Shown: positions 18,615 through 27,040, counted from the stretch's first letter. The stretch: 32,000 bases of DNA from Methanosphaera stadtmanae DSM 3091 (GCF_000012545.1 NC_007681.1:750001-782000), one strand, 5' to 3'. The notes: a model not told the origin generated them from the sequence alone. Numbers and translations: made by a program.

Positions 18615-18727
18615 AATATAATGAAAGAGAACTATATATTTTTCAGATAATTTTCAATAAAAAAACAATAATCTTTTAAAAAATAAGTTACAAAGTAATA
18701 AATAGATTACTAGGAATTTAAATAAGA

Positions 18728-19483
18728 GTGTTGAATAATATGGAATCTATAGTTAAACTAGATGATATTACAATTAAAGAATGGGAAAATGGAGTTATTG
18801 AATTTGAAGTAACTGATGAAAATAATAATCCTATTAGTGGAGATGCTGCAGTAAAACTTAATGATAGTACTTTTCTTAAAGGAAAAGTTGTTAATGGTAA
18901 ATTTTCAGAAAAATGTTCCTTCCAAGAAATTCATAATGAATCATACGATATAGAAGTAGTTTTTGATGGAAATGAAGAATGTAATGCAAGTAGAGCATAT
19001 GCAAAGTTATATGTTAAAAAAATAGATCCTATTATAATATCATTCCATGATTTACAAAATGCAGGTTATAGATTAGTTAAATGGATTAATATTAATAAAA
19101 GATTACCTGGAAAAATATCAATAAATAATCATCAAATATCAATAGGACATCTATTATATATCTTTTCAGATGCAGTGATAAATCTTAATAATAATATAAC
19201 TGATGATCTTGAATTAACAGGTATTGCTACACCAAGAGTATCAAGTGAAAATCTTAAATGTAATGTGATTGTCTCAAAAGAAGAAATTGTTGAAATTAGC
19301 GAAGCTATAATTGTTTATTCAAAAGAAAATAATGAATTACCTTCTACTATAGAAACTTCAAAAGGAAAAATAGGATTTATGAACTTATTATATACTTTAG
19401 CAGTTGTTATTGCTAATAGTTCATCAACTGGTCTTTTAAATAATGTTAATGTAAGACCTTGGAAAGAAATTGTTGCTAAGTAG
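18728..19483 (+). CDS. Hypothetical protein: N-terminal Ig-like beta domain plus two pseudomurein-binding-repeat-like segments; no signal peptide
   Basis: An internal repeat is visible: N-x2-LP-x2-I-x6-I-x4-LLY-x5-I-x-N occurs twice (NKRLPGKISINNHQISIGHLLY and NNELPSTIETSKGKIGFMNLLY). The start is GTG at 18728 or ATG at 18740. Confidence 0.6.
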   Translation: MLNNMESIVKLDDITIKEWENGVIEFEVTDENNNPISGDAAVKLNDSTFLKGKVVNGKFSEKCSFQEIHNESYDIEVVFDGNEECNASRAYAKLYVKKIDPIIISFHDLQNAGYRLVKWININKRLPGKISINNHQISIGHLLYIFSDAVINLNNNITDDLELTGIATPRVSSENLKCNVIVSKEEIVEISEAIIVYSKENNELPSTIETSKGKIGFMNLLYTLAVVIANSSSTGLLNNVNVRPWKEIVAK

Positions 19484-19513
19484 AAAAACAACATTTTCTT
19501 TTTTTAAGTACTT

Positions 19514-19798
19514 CTAACAAAATACTTCACTACGTGGCATATATTCACATAAATGTATTTCTTTTTTTGTAGCATCAATTGTAAAAACTAGTATTTTATC
19601 GTTTATTTCTATCCATTTATAGTTGTGGAGAGGTTTTTCAAAAGTATTAAATCTTGTTTTATGATTTAAAATAATTTTTGCATGTGTTTGCATTTCCTTT
19701 ATTTTATTTGCAAGTATGGTGTATTCTTTAATATTTACTGTTTTTAATTCATTTAAAGTTTTTTCAAGTTCTTTTTCCATAGTAATTTCATATACCAT
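19514..19798 (-). CDS. RelE/ParE-superfamily toxin-like protein (archaeal RelE-like)
   Basis: About 94 aa. The pattern YEI..(helical K/E-rich)..Y.WIEI.D.IL.F.ID...K.I.L..Y.PRSEVF resembles aRelE. I moved the start to the ATG at 19798 because GAGGGG lies 9 nt upstream of it. Confidence 0.5.
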   Translation of the reverse strand: MVYEITMEKELEKTLNELKTVNIKEYTILANKIKEMQTHAKIILNHKTRFNTFEKPLHNYKWIEINDKILVFTIDATKKEIHLCEYMPRSEVFC

Positions 19799-20266
19799 TA
19801 ATAACATCCCCTCATTTATCTAACTATATATTGTTTAAAAAAATAATATAATTCAATACCATATTGTAAAATTTCTACTTCTTTATTATTTTTTTATACT
19901 TATTTTCATTTTTTATATTTATTTTATAAAATTTAAATCAATAAAAACTCATATCTCTTATACAATAATATATTCACTACCTTATAAATATTTATGGATT
20001 TATTGATAATAAAAAAAAAGAATATGTTATTTATAATTTCATTGTTTTTATTTAAATAAGGATAATAAATATTAAGTATAAACTATAAAATAAAATATAG
20101 ATTTAATATTTATTTAAATAACTAATTTTATCTATGATATGTTATTGTCATGATATACTGATTATTTATATATAAACCTGTAGAACAAGGGAGATAGCTT
20201 AGTAATTCTACTATCAAATATAATAGTATAGCCTAAGAATTGTTCAAAAATATAGTGTGAAAAATA

Positions 20267-21364
20267 ATGTCAGCAGCAGAGGATCGAATCAAACAGATTG
20301 AAGAGGAGATAAAAAATACTCAGAAAAATAAGGCAACATCACACCATATAGGTAAATTAAAAGCACAAATTGCTCAACTTAAGGAAAAAATTGAAAAACG
20401 TAATAGTTCTGGTACTAAGGGTGAAGGTTTTCTTGTAAAAAAAAGTGGTGATTCAACTGCAGTACTTCTTGGTTTTCCATCTGTTGGAAAATCAACAATC
20501 CTAAATTATTTAACAAATGCAAATTCCAAAGTTGGAGCATATGAATTCACAACATTAGATATAGTTCCAGGTATCATGGAATATGAAGATGCAAAAATTC
20601 AGATATTAGATATTCCAGGTATTATTAAAGGTGCATCAAAGGGAAAAGGAAAGGGTAGGGAAATTTTATCTGCTACTCGTAATGCAGACCTAATTATTAT
20701 GGTATTGGATGTATTTCAACCAGAACATATGGATGTAATTCTAGAGGAAGTTCGTAATATTGGTGTTAGACCTAATGAAAAGAAACCTAAAGTAAAAGTA
20801 TCTAAGAAAAAGATGGGTGGTTTAAGTATAGTATCTACTGTTGAATTAACACATATAGATGAAAAAACTATACATTCAATATTAAGTGAATATGGTATTC
20901 ATAGTGCAGATGTTGTATTAAGAGAAGATGTTACAATAGATAGATTTATTGATGCTATGGAACCAAACAGAGCATATATTCCAATGACTATTGTTGTAAA
21001 TAAAATTGATATTGCAACAGAAGAACATTTAAATAATCTTAAGAAAAAATTACCTAATGCATTATTTGTATCTGCTGATGATGGTATTATGATGAATGAA
21101 TTAAAGGAAAGAATATTTGTAGATCTTGATTTAATCCGTTTATATCTTAAACCTCAAGGTAAAAAAGCAGATATGGACGAACCATTGATTATAAGAAAGG
21201 GTTCAACTATAGAGGATGTTGCTAGAAAATTACATAGGGACTTTGTGAAAAATTTCAAGTATGCAAAGGTATGGGGAGAATCTGTAAAATTTCCAGGTCA
21301 AAAAGTTGGACTTGATCATGTATTAAGTGATCATGATATTGTAAGGATTATTATTAAGAAATAA
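20267..21364 (+). CDS. DRG/OBG-family GTPase with C-terminal TGS domain
   Basis: G1 [10 protein letters not shown]3 DIPG, NKID and a C-terminal TGS-like domain. The N-terminal coiled region is typical of archaeal/eukaryal DRG. Confidence 0.92.
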   Translation: MSAAEDRIKQIEEEIKNTQKNKATSHHIGKLKAQIAQLKEKIEKRNSSGTKGEGFLVKKSGDSTAVLLGFPSVGKSTILNYLTNANSKVGAYEFTTLDIVPGIMEYEDAKIQILDIPGIIKGASKGKGKGREILSATRNADLIIMVLDVFQPEHMDVILEEVRNIGVRPNEKKPKVKVSKKKMGGLSIVSTVELTHIDEKTIHSILSEYGIHSADVVLREDVTIDRFIDAMEPNRAYIPMTIVVNKIDIATEEHLNNLKKKLPNALFVSADDGIMMNELKERIFVDLDLIRLYLKPQGKKADMDEPLIIRKGSTIEDVARKLHRDFVKNFKYAKVWGESVKFPGQKVGLDHVLSDHDIVRIIIKK

Positions 21365-21473
21365 TTTTTCTTATGATATTTATTCCTTTTTTTTTAAATT
21401 AAATTTAATGTTTTTAATGTATTTTTTAGTGTTTTAGTACTACAATATATATCCTAGTTTTTCAATATAATAT

Positions 21474-21557
21474 AATTGTACCCACAAAACAAAATTATTT
21501 TAAAATTGTGATTGCATATAATTTCTATATAAAATAAATTATATAGTTTCACAGTTT
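21474..21557 (+). repeat. Copy A1 of an ~84-bp hairpin-forming intergenic repeat (possible small RNA gene)
   Basis: Conserved boxes are AATTGTACCCACA (21474-21486), AAAATTGTGAT (21502-21512) and TCACAGTTT (21549-21557). An oligo-T tract follows. Confidence 0.8.
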
Positions 21558-21727
21558 CTTTTTTATTGAAGTTATTTTTTTTAGAGAATTATTTTTTCAT
21601 AATTTTTATTTTATTAAATTCAAAATTAGTTTTTATATAATCAAACATTTTCATTTAATTTATATTTTATAAAGAAAAATTTATTAAAATAATGTAAGGA
21701 TATATACACTACTTATTATAAATAATT

Positions 21728-21808
21728 AATTGTACCCACAGAACATATAATTAACAAAATTGTGATGTTTATAATTATCTTTTCACTAATTATAATAAGT
21801 CACAGTTT
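21728..21808 (+). repeat. Copy A2 of the ~84-bp hairpin-forming intergenic repeat
   Basis: The same three boxes occur at 21728-21740, 21756-21766 and 21800-21808, at an offset of 251-254 bp from A1. A T-rich tract follows. Confidence 0.8.
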
Positions 21809-21824
21809 AATTATTTTTAAAAGT

Positions 21825-22547
21825 TTATTTAATTAAATTATTAATTTTTATATTTTCATTTTCTAATTTTAAAGATTCAATTAATTTTTTAGCATATACA
21901 AGTTTTAATTTCTTAATATCATCTGCCTCTTTTAGTTCTACTTCTATTTCAGGTCGTGAATAATTTGTTATAATATTACCAAAATCCATTCCAGCAAGTG
22001 TTATATCCTTGATTTTAAGATCATACAGTGCAATATGCACAGCTCTATCCCCATCTGTAAATCCACCATGGTTTTCAAGTAAATCATATGGTTTTGTCTG
22101 TGTTGTAGGTATAATATTTTTTAGTTTGGGAACATATTTTTTTATTTTATTAACATTATCTCCATGTGCATGAACATAGAGTATGGAACCTCTTTTATTT
22201 GATTTAAGTATACTGTCTATATTTCCATCAAGGTCTGTTACTATTATTGAGGGTATGATATTCTCTTCAAGAAGTGCTGTTGTTGCACCATCAGCTGCAA
22301 TTAAAGTATAATTATTAAGATTGAAATTATTTTTAATTAATTGTATATGTTTTTTAATTGATGGTCCTGCTCCAAATACAATACATTTATTATGTACATG
22401 TAGATGGCTTTTATTAAATTTCCCATATTTTTTAATTAGGTTATTTAGTATGTCTGCTGAATATTTATCATCATCTTCACTAAAATTAAAATCCTTACAT
22501 ATTTTTTTATACCATATATTCCAGTTGTTATTTGTTATATTATCCAT
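21825..22547 (-). CDS. mptE: MptE-like 6-hydroxymethyl-7,8-dihydropterin diphosphokinase (DUF115 family)
   Basis: FGAGPS, IAADGAT, VTDLDG and HAHGDN motifs. The ORF-track start is a GTG at 22556; the ATG at 22547, preceded by GTGGT, is the more likely start. Confidence 0.8.
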   Translation of the reverse strand: MDNITNNNWNIWYKKICKDFNFSEDDDKYSADILNNLIKKYGKFNKSHLHVHNKCIVFGAGPSIKKHIQLIKNNFNLNNYTLIAADGATTALLEENIIPSIIVTDLDGNIDSILKSNKRGSILYVHAHGDNVNKIKKYVPKLKNIIPTTQTKPYDLLENHGGFTDGDRAVHIALYDLKIKDITLAGMDFGNIITNYSRPEIEVELKEADDIKKLKLVYAKKLIESLKLENENIKINNLIK

Positions 22548-22797
22548 AAAAACCACAAAAAAATTATCATATATTCTATTGTTATATTTATATCTAAGAA
22601 AAGTATTTATTATATTATTATTATTCTAAATCTTACATTAAAACTACAATATTAAAAAGAATGAAATACATAAATAAATTTATAGTAATGATAGTGTAAT
22701 TATTGATTTTATATGATTTCATTATATTAAAACTATCTTATTATAACTTTTTAAATAAACGTTTATAAAAAAATTATAATTTGGAGGAATATTCCCA

Positions 22798-23949
22798 ATG
22801 GAAGATACTTTATTAATGATTCCAGGACCAACAACTGTTCCTAAAAGAGTATTAGATGCTATGGCACAACCTATTGTAAACCATAGAGGACCAGTATATG
22901 GTGAAATTTTAGAAGAAACAACAGCAATGATGTCTGAGGTATTTCAAACAGATAATAAATCATATTTATTAACTGGATCAGGAACTTCAGCAATGGAAGC
23001 TGCAATTGCAAACATAGTGGAAAAAGGCGACAAAGTAATAAATGTTGTAAGTGGTAAATTTGGACAAAGATTACAACAATTAACTGAAGTTTTCGGTGGA
23101 GAATCCATAGAAATTGCAGTTCCTTGGGGACAAGCAGCAGATCCTGAAGAAATAAAAAGAGTTTTAGATGAAAATGATGATGTTAAAGCTCTTACTATGA
23201 TTCATAATGAAAGTTCAACAGCAGTAGTAAATCCAATTCAAGAAGTTGGAAAAATAATGAAAGATTATGATGCATTATTTGTTGTTGATACAGTATCTTC
23301 ACTAGCAGGAGATAATGTTAAAGTAGATGAATATGGATTAGATATTTGTCTTACTGGATCACAAAAATGTATTGCAGCACCACCAGGTATGGCAGCAATT
23401 ACTATAAATGATGATGCATGGAAAGTTATTGACAGTGTAGATTCTCCTACTTACTATTTAGACTTAAAAGCTATGAGAAAAAGCGGAGATAAATCACCTT
23501 CTCAAACACCATACACACCTAATGTATCCATGACCTATGCAATGCGTGAAGCATTATCCATGGTTTTAGAAGAAGGATTAGATGCACGTATAAAACGTCA
23601 TCATATTGGTGCAGAAGCTACTCGTGAAGCAGCAAAAACTTTAGGATTAGATTTATTTGCACGTGAAGGAGATTATTCCAATACTTTAACAGCAATTAAT
23701 ATGCCTGAAGGAGTAACTGATAATCAACTTCGTGGAACAATGAGAAATAAATATCAAATTGAATTAGCTGGTGGACAAGATCACTTAAAAGGAAATATTT
23801 TCAGAATTGGTCACATGGGTACCACTGGATTACATGAATTAGCTATGACTTTTGCTTGCTTAGAAATGACTTTAAAAGAATTTGGTTTTGAATTTGAATC
23901 TGGAGCAGGAGTAGCAGCTTTAGAAGATATATATCTTAAAAATTTATAG
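22798..23949 (+). CDS. Class V pyridoxal-phosphate aminotransferase (AGXT / serine-pyruvate / aspartate aminotransferase family)
   Basis: LMIPGPT, HNESST, DTVSS and the GSQKC (PLP lysine) motif. GGAGGA SD upstream. Confidence 0.9.
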   Translation: MEDTLLMIPGPTTVPKRVLDAMAQPIVNHRGPVYGEILEETTAMMSEVFQTDNKSYLLTGSGTSAMEAAIANIVEKGDKVINVVSGKFGQRLQQLTEVFGGESIEIAVPWGQAADPEEIKRVLDENDDVKALTMIHNESSTAVVNPIQEVGKIMKDYDALFVVDTVSSLAGDNVKVDEYGLDICLTGSQKCIAAPPGMAAITINDDAWKVIDSVDSPTYYLDLKAMRKSGDKSPSQTPYTPNVSMTYAMREALSMVLEEGLDARIKRHHIGAEATREAAKTLGLDLFAREGDYSNTLTAINMPEGVTDNQLRGTMRNKYQIELAGGQDHLKGNIFRIGHMGTTGLHELAMTFACLEMTLKEFGFEFESGAGVAALEDIYLKNL

Positions 23950-23964
23950 AATTTAATCTTTTTT

Positions 23965-23999
23965 AAGGGTATTTATCCCTTTTAACTATTATTTTTTTT
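23965..23999 (+). terminator. Aminotransferase terminator: AAGGG/CCCTT hairpin followed by a T8 run
   Basis: Stem 23965-23969 / 23977-23981 and T-run 23992-23999, starting 16 nt after the stop codon. Confidence 0.45.
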
Positions 24000-24029
24000 A
24001 GTCTATTTTTTTTTATTTTTAACACAACC

Positions 24030-24037
24030 TTTATATA
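24030..24037 (+). promoter_or_regulatory. Candidate archaeal TATA box (TTTATATA) of the amt-glnK promoter
   Basis: Exact TTTATATA lies about 26-33 bp upstream of the GGAA-N6-TTCC element. The implied transcription start is near 24060. Confidence 0.5.
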
Positions 24038-24062
24038 CTATGATAATAATACTATTATTAAC

Positions 24063-24076
24063 GGAAGTGTATTTCC
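24063..24076. promoter_or_regulatory. NrpR-type nitrogen operator GGAA-N6-TTCC
   Basis: The sequence GGAAgtgtatTTCC is an exact match to the inverted-repeat operator form. A nested outer inverted repeat CGGAA...TTCCG spans 24062-24084. It sits just downstream of the TATA box and upstream of amt-glnK. Confidence 0.6.
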
Positions 24077-24205
24077 TATTTCCGATATGTAATTGAAAAT
24101 AAAGATAATAAAAAAAGTAACAATAATAATATACTAAGGAAGAAAAATAGTGAAAACATAACCGCAAATAAAAATTTAATTTATATATAATATGGAGGAT
24201 TTATA

Positions 24206-25429
24206 GTGGTAGCAGAATCGTTACTAAACACAGGTGATACGGCCTGGATACTAATGTCAACGGCATTAGTTATGATTATGACCCTACCAGGGTTAGCATT
24301 ATTTTATGGAGGTATGAGCAAAAATAAAAACGTTCTTAACACAATGTTCTTATCTCTAACCGGTTTTGCCATCGCATCAGTGATTTGGATAGCATATGGA
24401 TACCAATTCACATTTGGATCAACAATCGGCGGATTTATAGGAGCACCAACAAATTTCTTATTAACAGGAATTTCACTTGATATGCTTCATGTAGACACAA
24501 CAATACCTGAATTATTATATGTAGTGTTCCAAGCTACATTTGCAGCAATTACAGTTGCATTAATATCAGGAGCAGTAGTAGGAAGAATGAAAGCAAAAGC
24601 ATGGATGGTTTTTGTAGCATTATGGTTAACATTAGTATATGTCCCAATAGCTCACTGGGTATGGGGTGGAGGATGGTTATTTAACCTTGGTGCATTAGAC
24701 TTTGCAGGAGGAGCAGTAGTACACTTAAACTCAGGTATAGCAGCACTAGCATTAATAACCGTACTTGGACCTAGAAAAGACAGACGTTTATTACCTCACC
24801 ATTTAGGATATGCAGTAATAGGTGCAGCATTATTATGGTTTGGATGGTTTGGATTCAATGCAGGATCAGCTCTTGGAGCAAATGGATTAGCAGCAAATGC
24901 ATTTATAACAACCAACACTGCAGCAGCAATGGCAATGATTGCTTGGATATTATTAGATATCTGGAAAACAGGAAAACCAACAATACTTGGTGCAATAACA
25001 GGTGCAGTAGCAGGACTTGTAGCAATTACACCTGCAGCAGGATTTGTAGATGTACCAGCATCATTAATAATTGGATTTACAACAGTATTTGTATCATACT
25101 TCGGTATATCATACTTAAAACCAAAACTTGGATACGACGATGCATTAGATGCATTTGGAGTACATGGATTATCAGGAACATGGGGAGCAATACTTACAGG
25201 AGTATTTGCATGTCCTGCAATTAATGAAGCAGCAGGTTTATTATATGGTAATCCAAATCAATTAGTAATACAAATAATAAGTATAGTAGCAGTAGCATTA
25301 TACTCATTTATAGTAACTTACATTATTGCTCAAGTACTCGATAAAACAATGGGTATAAGAGTAGATGAACAAACTGAAATAGAAGGTTTAGATGCAAACG
25401 AACATGAAGAAGTAGGTTACAGAATATAA
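24206..25429 (+). CDS. amt: Ammonium transporter
   Basis: [31 protein letters not shown] and AFGVHG signature motifs. GTG start with GGAGGA SD 6 nt upstream. Confidence 0.95.
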   Translation: MVAESLLNTGDTAWILMSTALVMIMTLPGLALFYGGMSKNKNVLNTMFLSLTGFAIASVIWIAYGYQFTFGSTIGGFIGAPTNFLLTGISLDMLHVDTTIPELLYVVFQATFAAITVALISGAVVGRMKAKAWMVFVALWLTLVYVPIAHWVWGGGWLFNLGALDFAGGAVVHLNSGIAALALITVLGPRKDRRLLPHHLGYAVIGAALLWFGWFGFNAGSALGANGLAANAFITTNTAAAMAMIAWILLDIWKTGKPTILGAITGAVAGLVAITPAAGFVDVPASLIIGFTTVFVSYFGISYLKPKLGYDDALDAFGVHGLSGTWGAILTGVFACPAINEAAGLLYGNPNQLVIQIISIVAVALYSFIVTYIIAQVLDKTMGIRVDEQTEIEGLDANEHEEVGYRI

Positions 25430-25447
25430 ACATAAGGATATGATACA

Positions 25448-25786
25448 ATGAAACAAATTACAGCCATATTTAGAAATGAAAGACTAGATGCAGTAAAAGA
25501 TGCACTAGAAAAAATAAACTGTAAAGGAATTACAGTTATGGATGTAAAAGGTAGAGGAGAACAATTAGGAATTGAAGAAAACTATAGAGGAAATAGTTAT
25601 AGAATTGATCTTCTTCCAAAAATAAAAATTGTAACAGTAGTACCTGATAATAATGTTGAAAATGTAATAACAGCAATTACAGAAGCAGCAAAAACAGGTA
25701 ATGTTGGTGATGGAAAAATATTTATTACCAATATAGATGAAGTAGTAAGAATAAGAACAAATGAACGGGGAGACAAAGCTTTGTAA
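25448..25786 (+). CDS. glnK: Nitrogen regulatory protein PII (GlnK), amt-linked
   Basis: 112 aa. T-loop GRGEQLG...YRGNSY and C-terminal TG..GDGKIF motif. It sits 18 bp downstream of amt. Confidence 0.93.
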   Translation: MKQITAIFRNERLDAVKDALEKINCKGITVMDVKGRGEQLGIEENYRGNSYRIDLLPKIKIVTVVPDNNVENVITAITEAAKTGNVGDGKIFITNIDEVVRIRTNERGDKAL

Positions 25787-25794
25787 CTCCCCCT

Positions 25795-25827
25795 AATTTC
25801 CATGATACAATGTATTCATAGGAAATT
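25795..25827 (+). terminator. Imperfect hairpin immediately after glnK
   Basis: AATTTCC+ATGA pairs with TCAT(a)GGAAATT around a 10-nt loop, 9 nt after the glnK stop. No strong T-run follows, so a terminator role is tentative. Confidence 0.35.
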
Positions 25828-26126
25828 AATTGTTTATTTAACTAAATTATATTATTGAAATCTCCTCAATAATCTTCCTCTCCGTTTTAACCTCCCCTTA
25901 TTAATTCAATAAAAAAACATTTATCTAAAACACTAAACACCACTTTTCTTATTTTATTTTTTTTTAAAAGATAATTTAAACTAATTTTATAAAAAGAGTA
26001 AGTACTATTTATTATCCATTTGAATAAAATAAATATAATACTACTAGAGGACTATGACTATTTTTTACACATGGAAGAGTTAAGATTATTCTAAAAATAA
26101 GTATGTATTAAAATATTATTAATTAT

Positions 26127-26170
26127 AAAAAAAAGTTATGGGGGTTATATCTTAGAGAAATTATTCTCTA
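26127..26170 (-). terminator. npdG terminator: hairpin spanning the stop codon plus a T8 run (minus strand)
   Basis: TAGAGAA/TTCTCTA 7-bp stem with a 4-nt loop (26153-26170). An A8 run on the plus strand at 26127-26134 gives T8 on the transcript. Confidence 0.5.
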
Positions 26171-26841
26171 GAAATTCCAGTGATTCTTAATCCACCATAA
26201 TGGGATTTGTATTTTATATTTAATCCAATGAGAAGTGGAGTTATTTTTTCAATCATTCTTGCTTTTTCTAATTTACCACAATCAATACATTCAACACCAG
26301 GTATTTTTTCAATTAATTCAATAGCTATTTTTTTAGCTTCATTATCATTTCCAGCTATTAAACAGTCACAATCTATAGGTTCTGGTATGTTTTCAAGTAA
26401 TGAATTACTTATATTATTAAATGCAGCAATTACTTTAGCATCAGTTTTTTTAAGTATTTTAGCAGTTCTTTCTGCAGCTGAACCTTCCATTAAATCTATG
26501 AATCTTGCAGGTGATCCACCAATTGCAGTTTCAAGAGGAACTGTTGCATCAAGAACTATTTTATCTCCAACAAAATCTTTAATTGATTGTAATGTTGGTT
26601 TTTGTGCTGAAAGAGGAACTGTTAAAATTAATAAGTCACCAGCTTTTGCAGCATCTTCATTTGACATTCCTTCCATTTTAATATTATCATAATCTTTTAA
26701 TAAATCAAGGCATTCTTCTACTTTTGTTAAAGCCTTTTCTTCTTTTCTTGAACCTATAATAACATCTTCTCCAGCTATTGCAAATCTTTTACCAAGATTT
26801 AAACCTTGTGATCCTGTTCCACCAATTATTGATATTTTCAT
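26161..26841 (-). CDS. npdG: F420-dependent NADP oxidoreductase (Fno/NpdG family)
   Basis: The N-terminal string MKISIIGGTGSQGLNLGKRFAIAGEDVIIGSRKEEKA closely matches the Fno N-terminal Rossmann signature. The size is about 225 aa. GAGGT SD lies 7 nt upstream. Confidence 0.87.
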   Translation of the reverse strand: MKISIIGGTGSQGLNLGKRFAIAGEDVIIGSRKEEKALTKVEECLDLLKDYDNIKMEGMSNEDAAKAGDLLILTVPLSAQKPTLQSIKDFVGDKIVLDATVPLETAIGGSPARFIDLMEGSAAERTAKILKKTDAKVIAAFNNISNSLLENIPEPIDCDCLIAGNDNEAKKIAIELIEKIPGVECIDCGKLEKARMIEKITPLLIGLNIKYKSHYGGLRITGISRE

Positions 26842-26886
26842 TTTTATAACCTCATGTATTCTTAATTCATAATAAATTAATAATAA

Positions 26887-26906
26887 TTTATAATGATTTA
26901 TAATGA
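26887..26906. repeat. Tandem 10-bp duplication TTTATAATGA x2 in the npdG upstream region
   Basis: 26887-26896 and 26897-26906 are identical. The duplication lies 46-65 bp upstream of the npdG start on the minus strand, which is plausible promoter territory. Confidence 0.85.
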
Positions 26907-27040
26907 TTAATAATTACTATTAATATATATTTCATCTAATATATAAAATTTGTTAATAATTATATTAAAAAAAATATAAAAATCTATTTTTTTATCATAT
27001 AATTAAAATATAATCTATAAAAAAATAAAAGTATCAATGC

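Noticed and set aside
21474-21808. C/D box sRNA interpretation of the A1/A2 repeats
   Set aside because: GTGATGT (A2) and GTGATTG (A1) only approximate a C box (RUGAUGA). No properly placed CUGA D box exists on either strand.
21764-21835. 23-codon hydrophobic mini-ORF (MFIIIFSLIIISHSLIIFKSLFN) starting at the ATG within repeat A2
   Set aside because: The equivalent position in copy A1 has ATT instead of ATG and an early stop. The conservation between copies is therefore not at the protein level.
22786-22795. Perfect palindrome GGAATATTCC overlapping the SD of the aminotransferase gene, with half-sites like the NrpR operator
   Set aside because: The spacing is N2, not N6. It overlaps the GGAGGA ribosome-binding site and is too short to form a stable hairpin. 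It is probably coincidental with the SD sequence.
24835-25224. 129-aa Cys/Trp/Arg-rich ORF in an alternative plus-strand frame inside amt
   Set aside because: It is a by-product of the GCA/GGA/TGG-rich codon usage of the ammonium transporter gene. It has no independent start context, and amt signatures fully explain the region.
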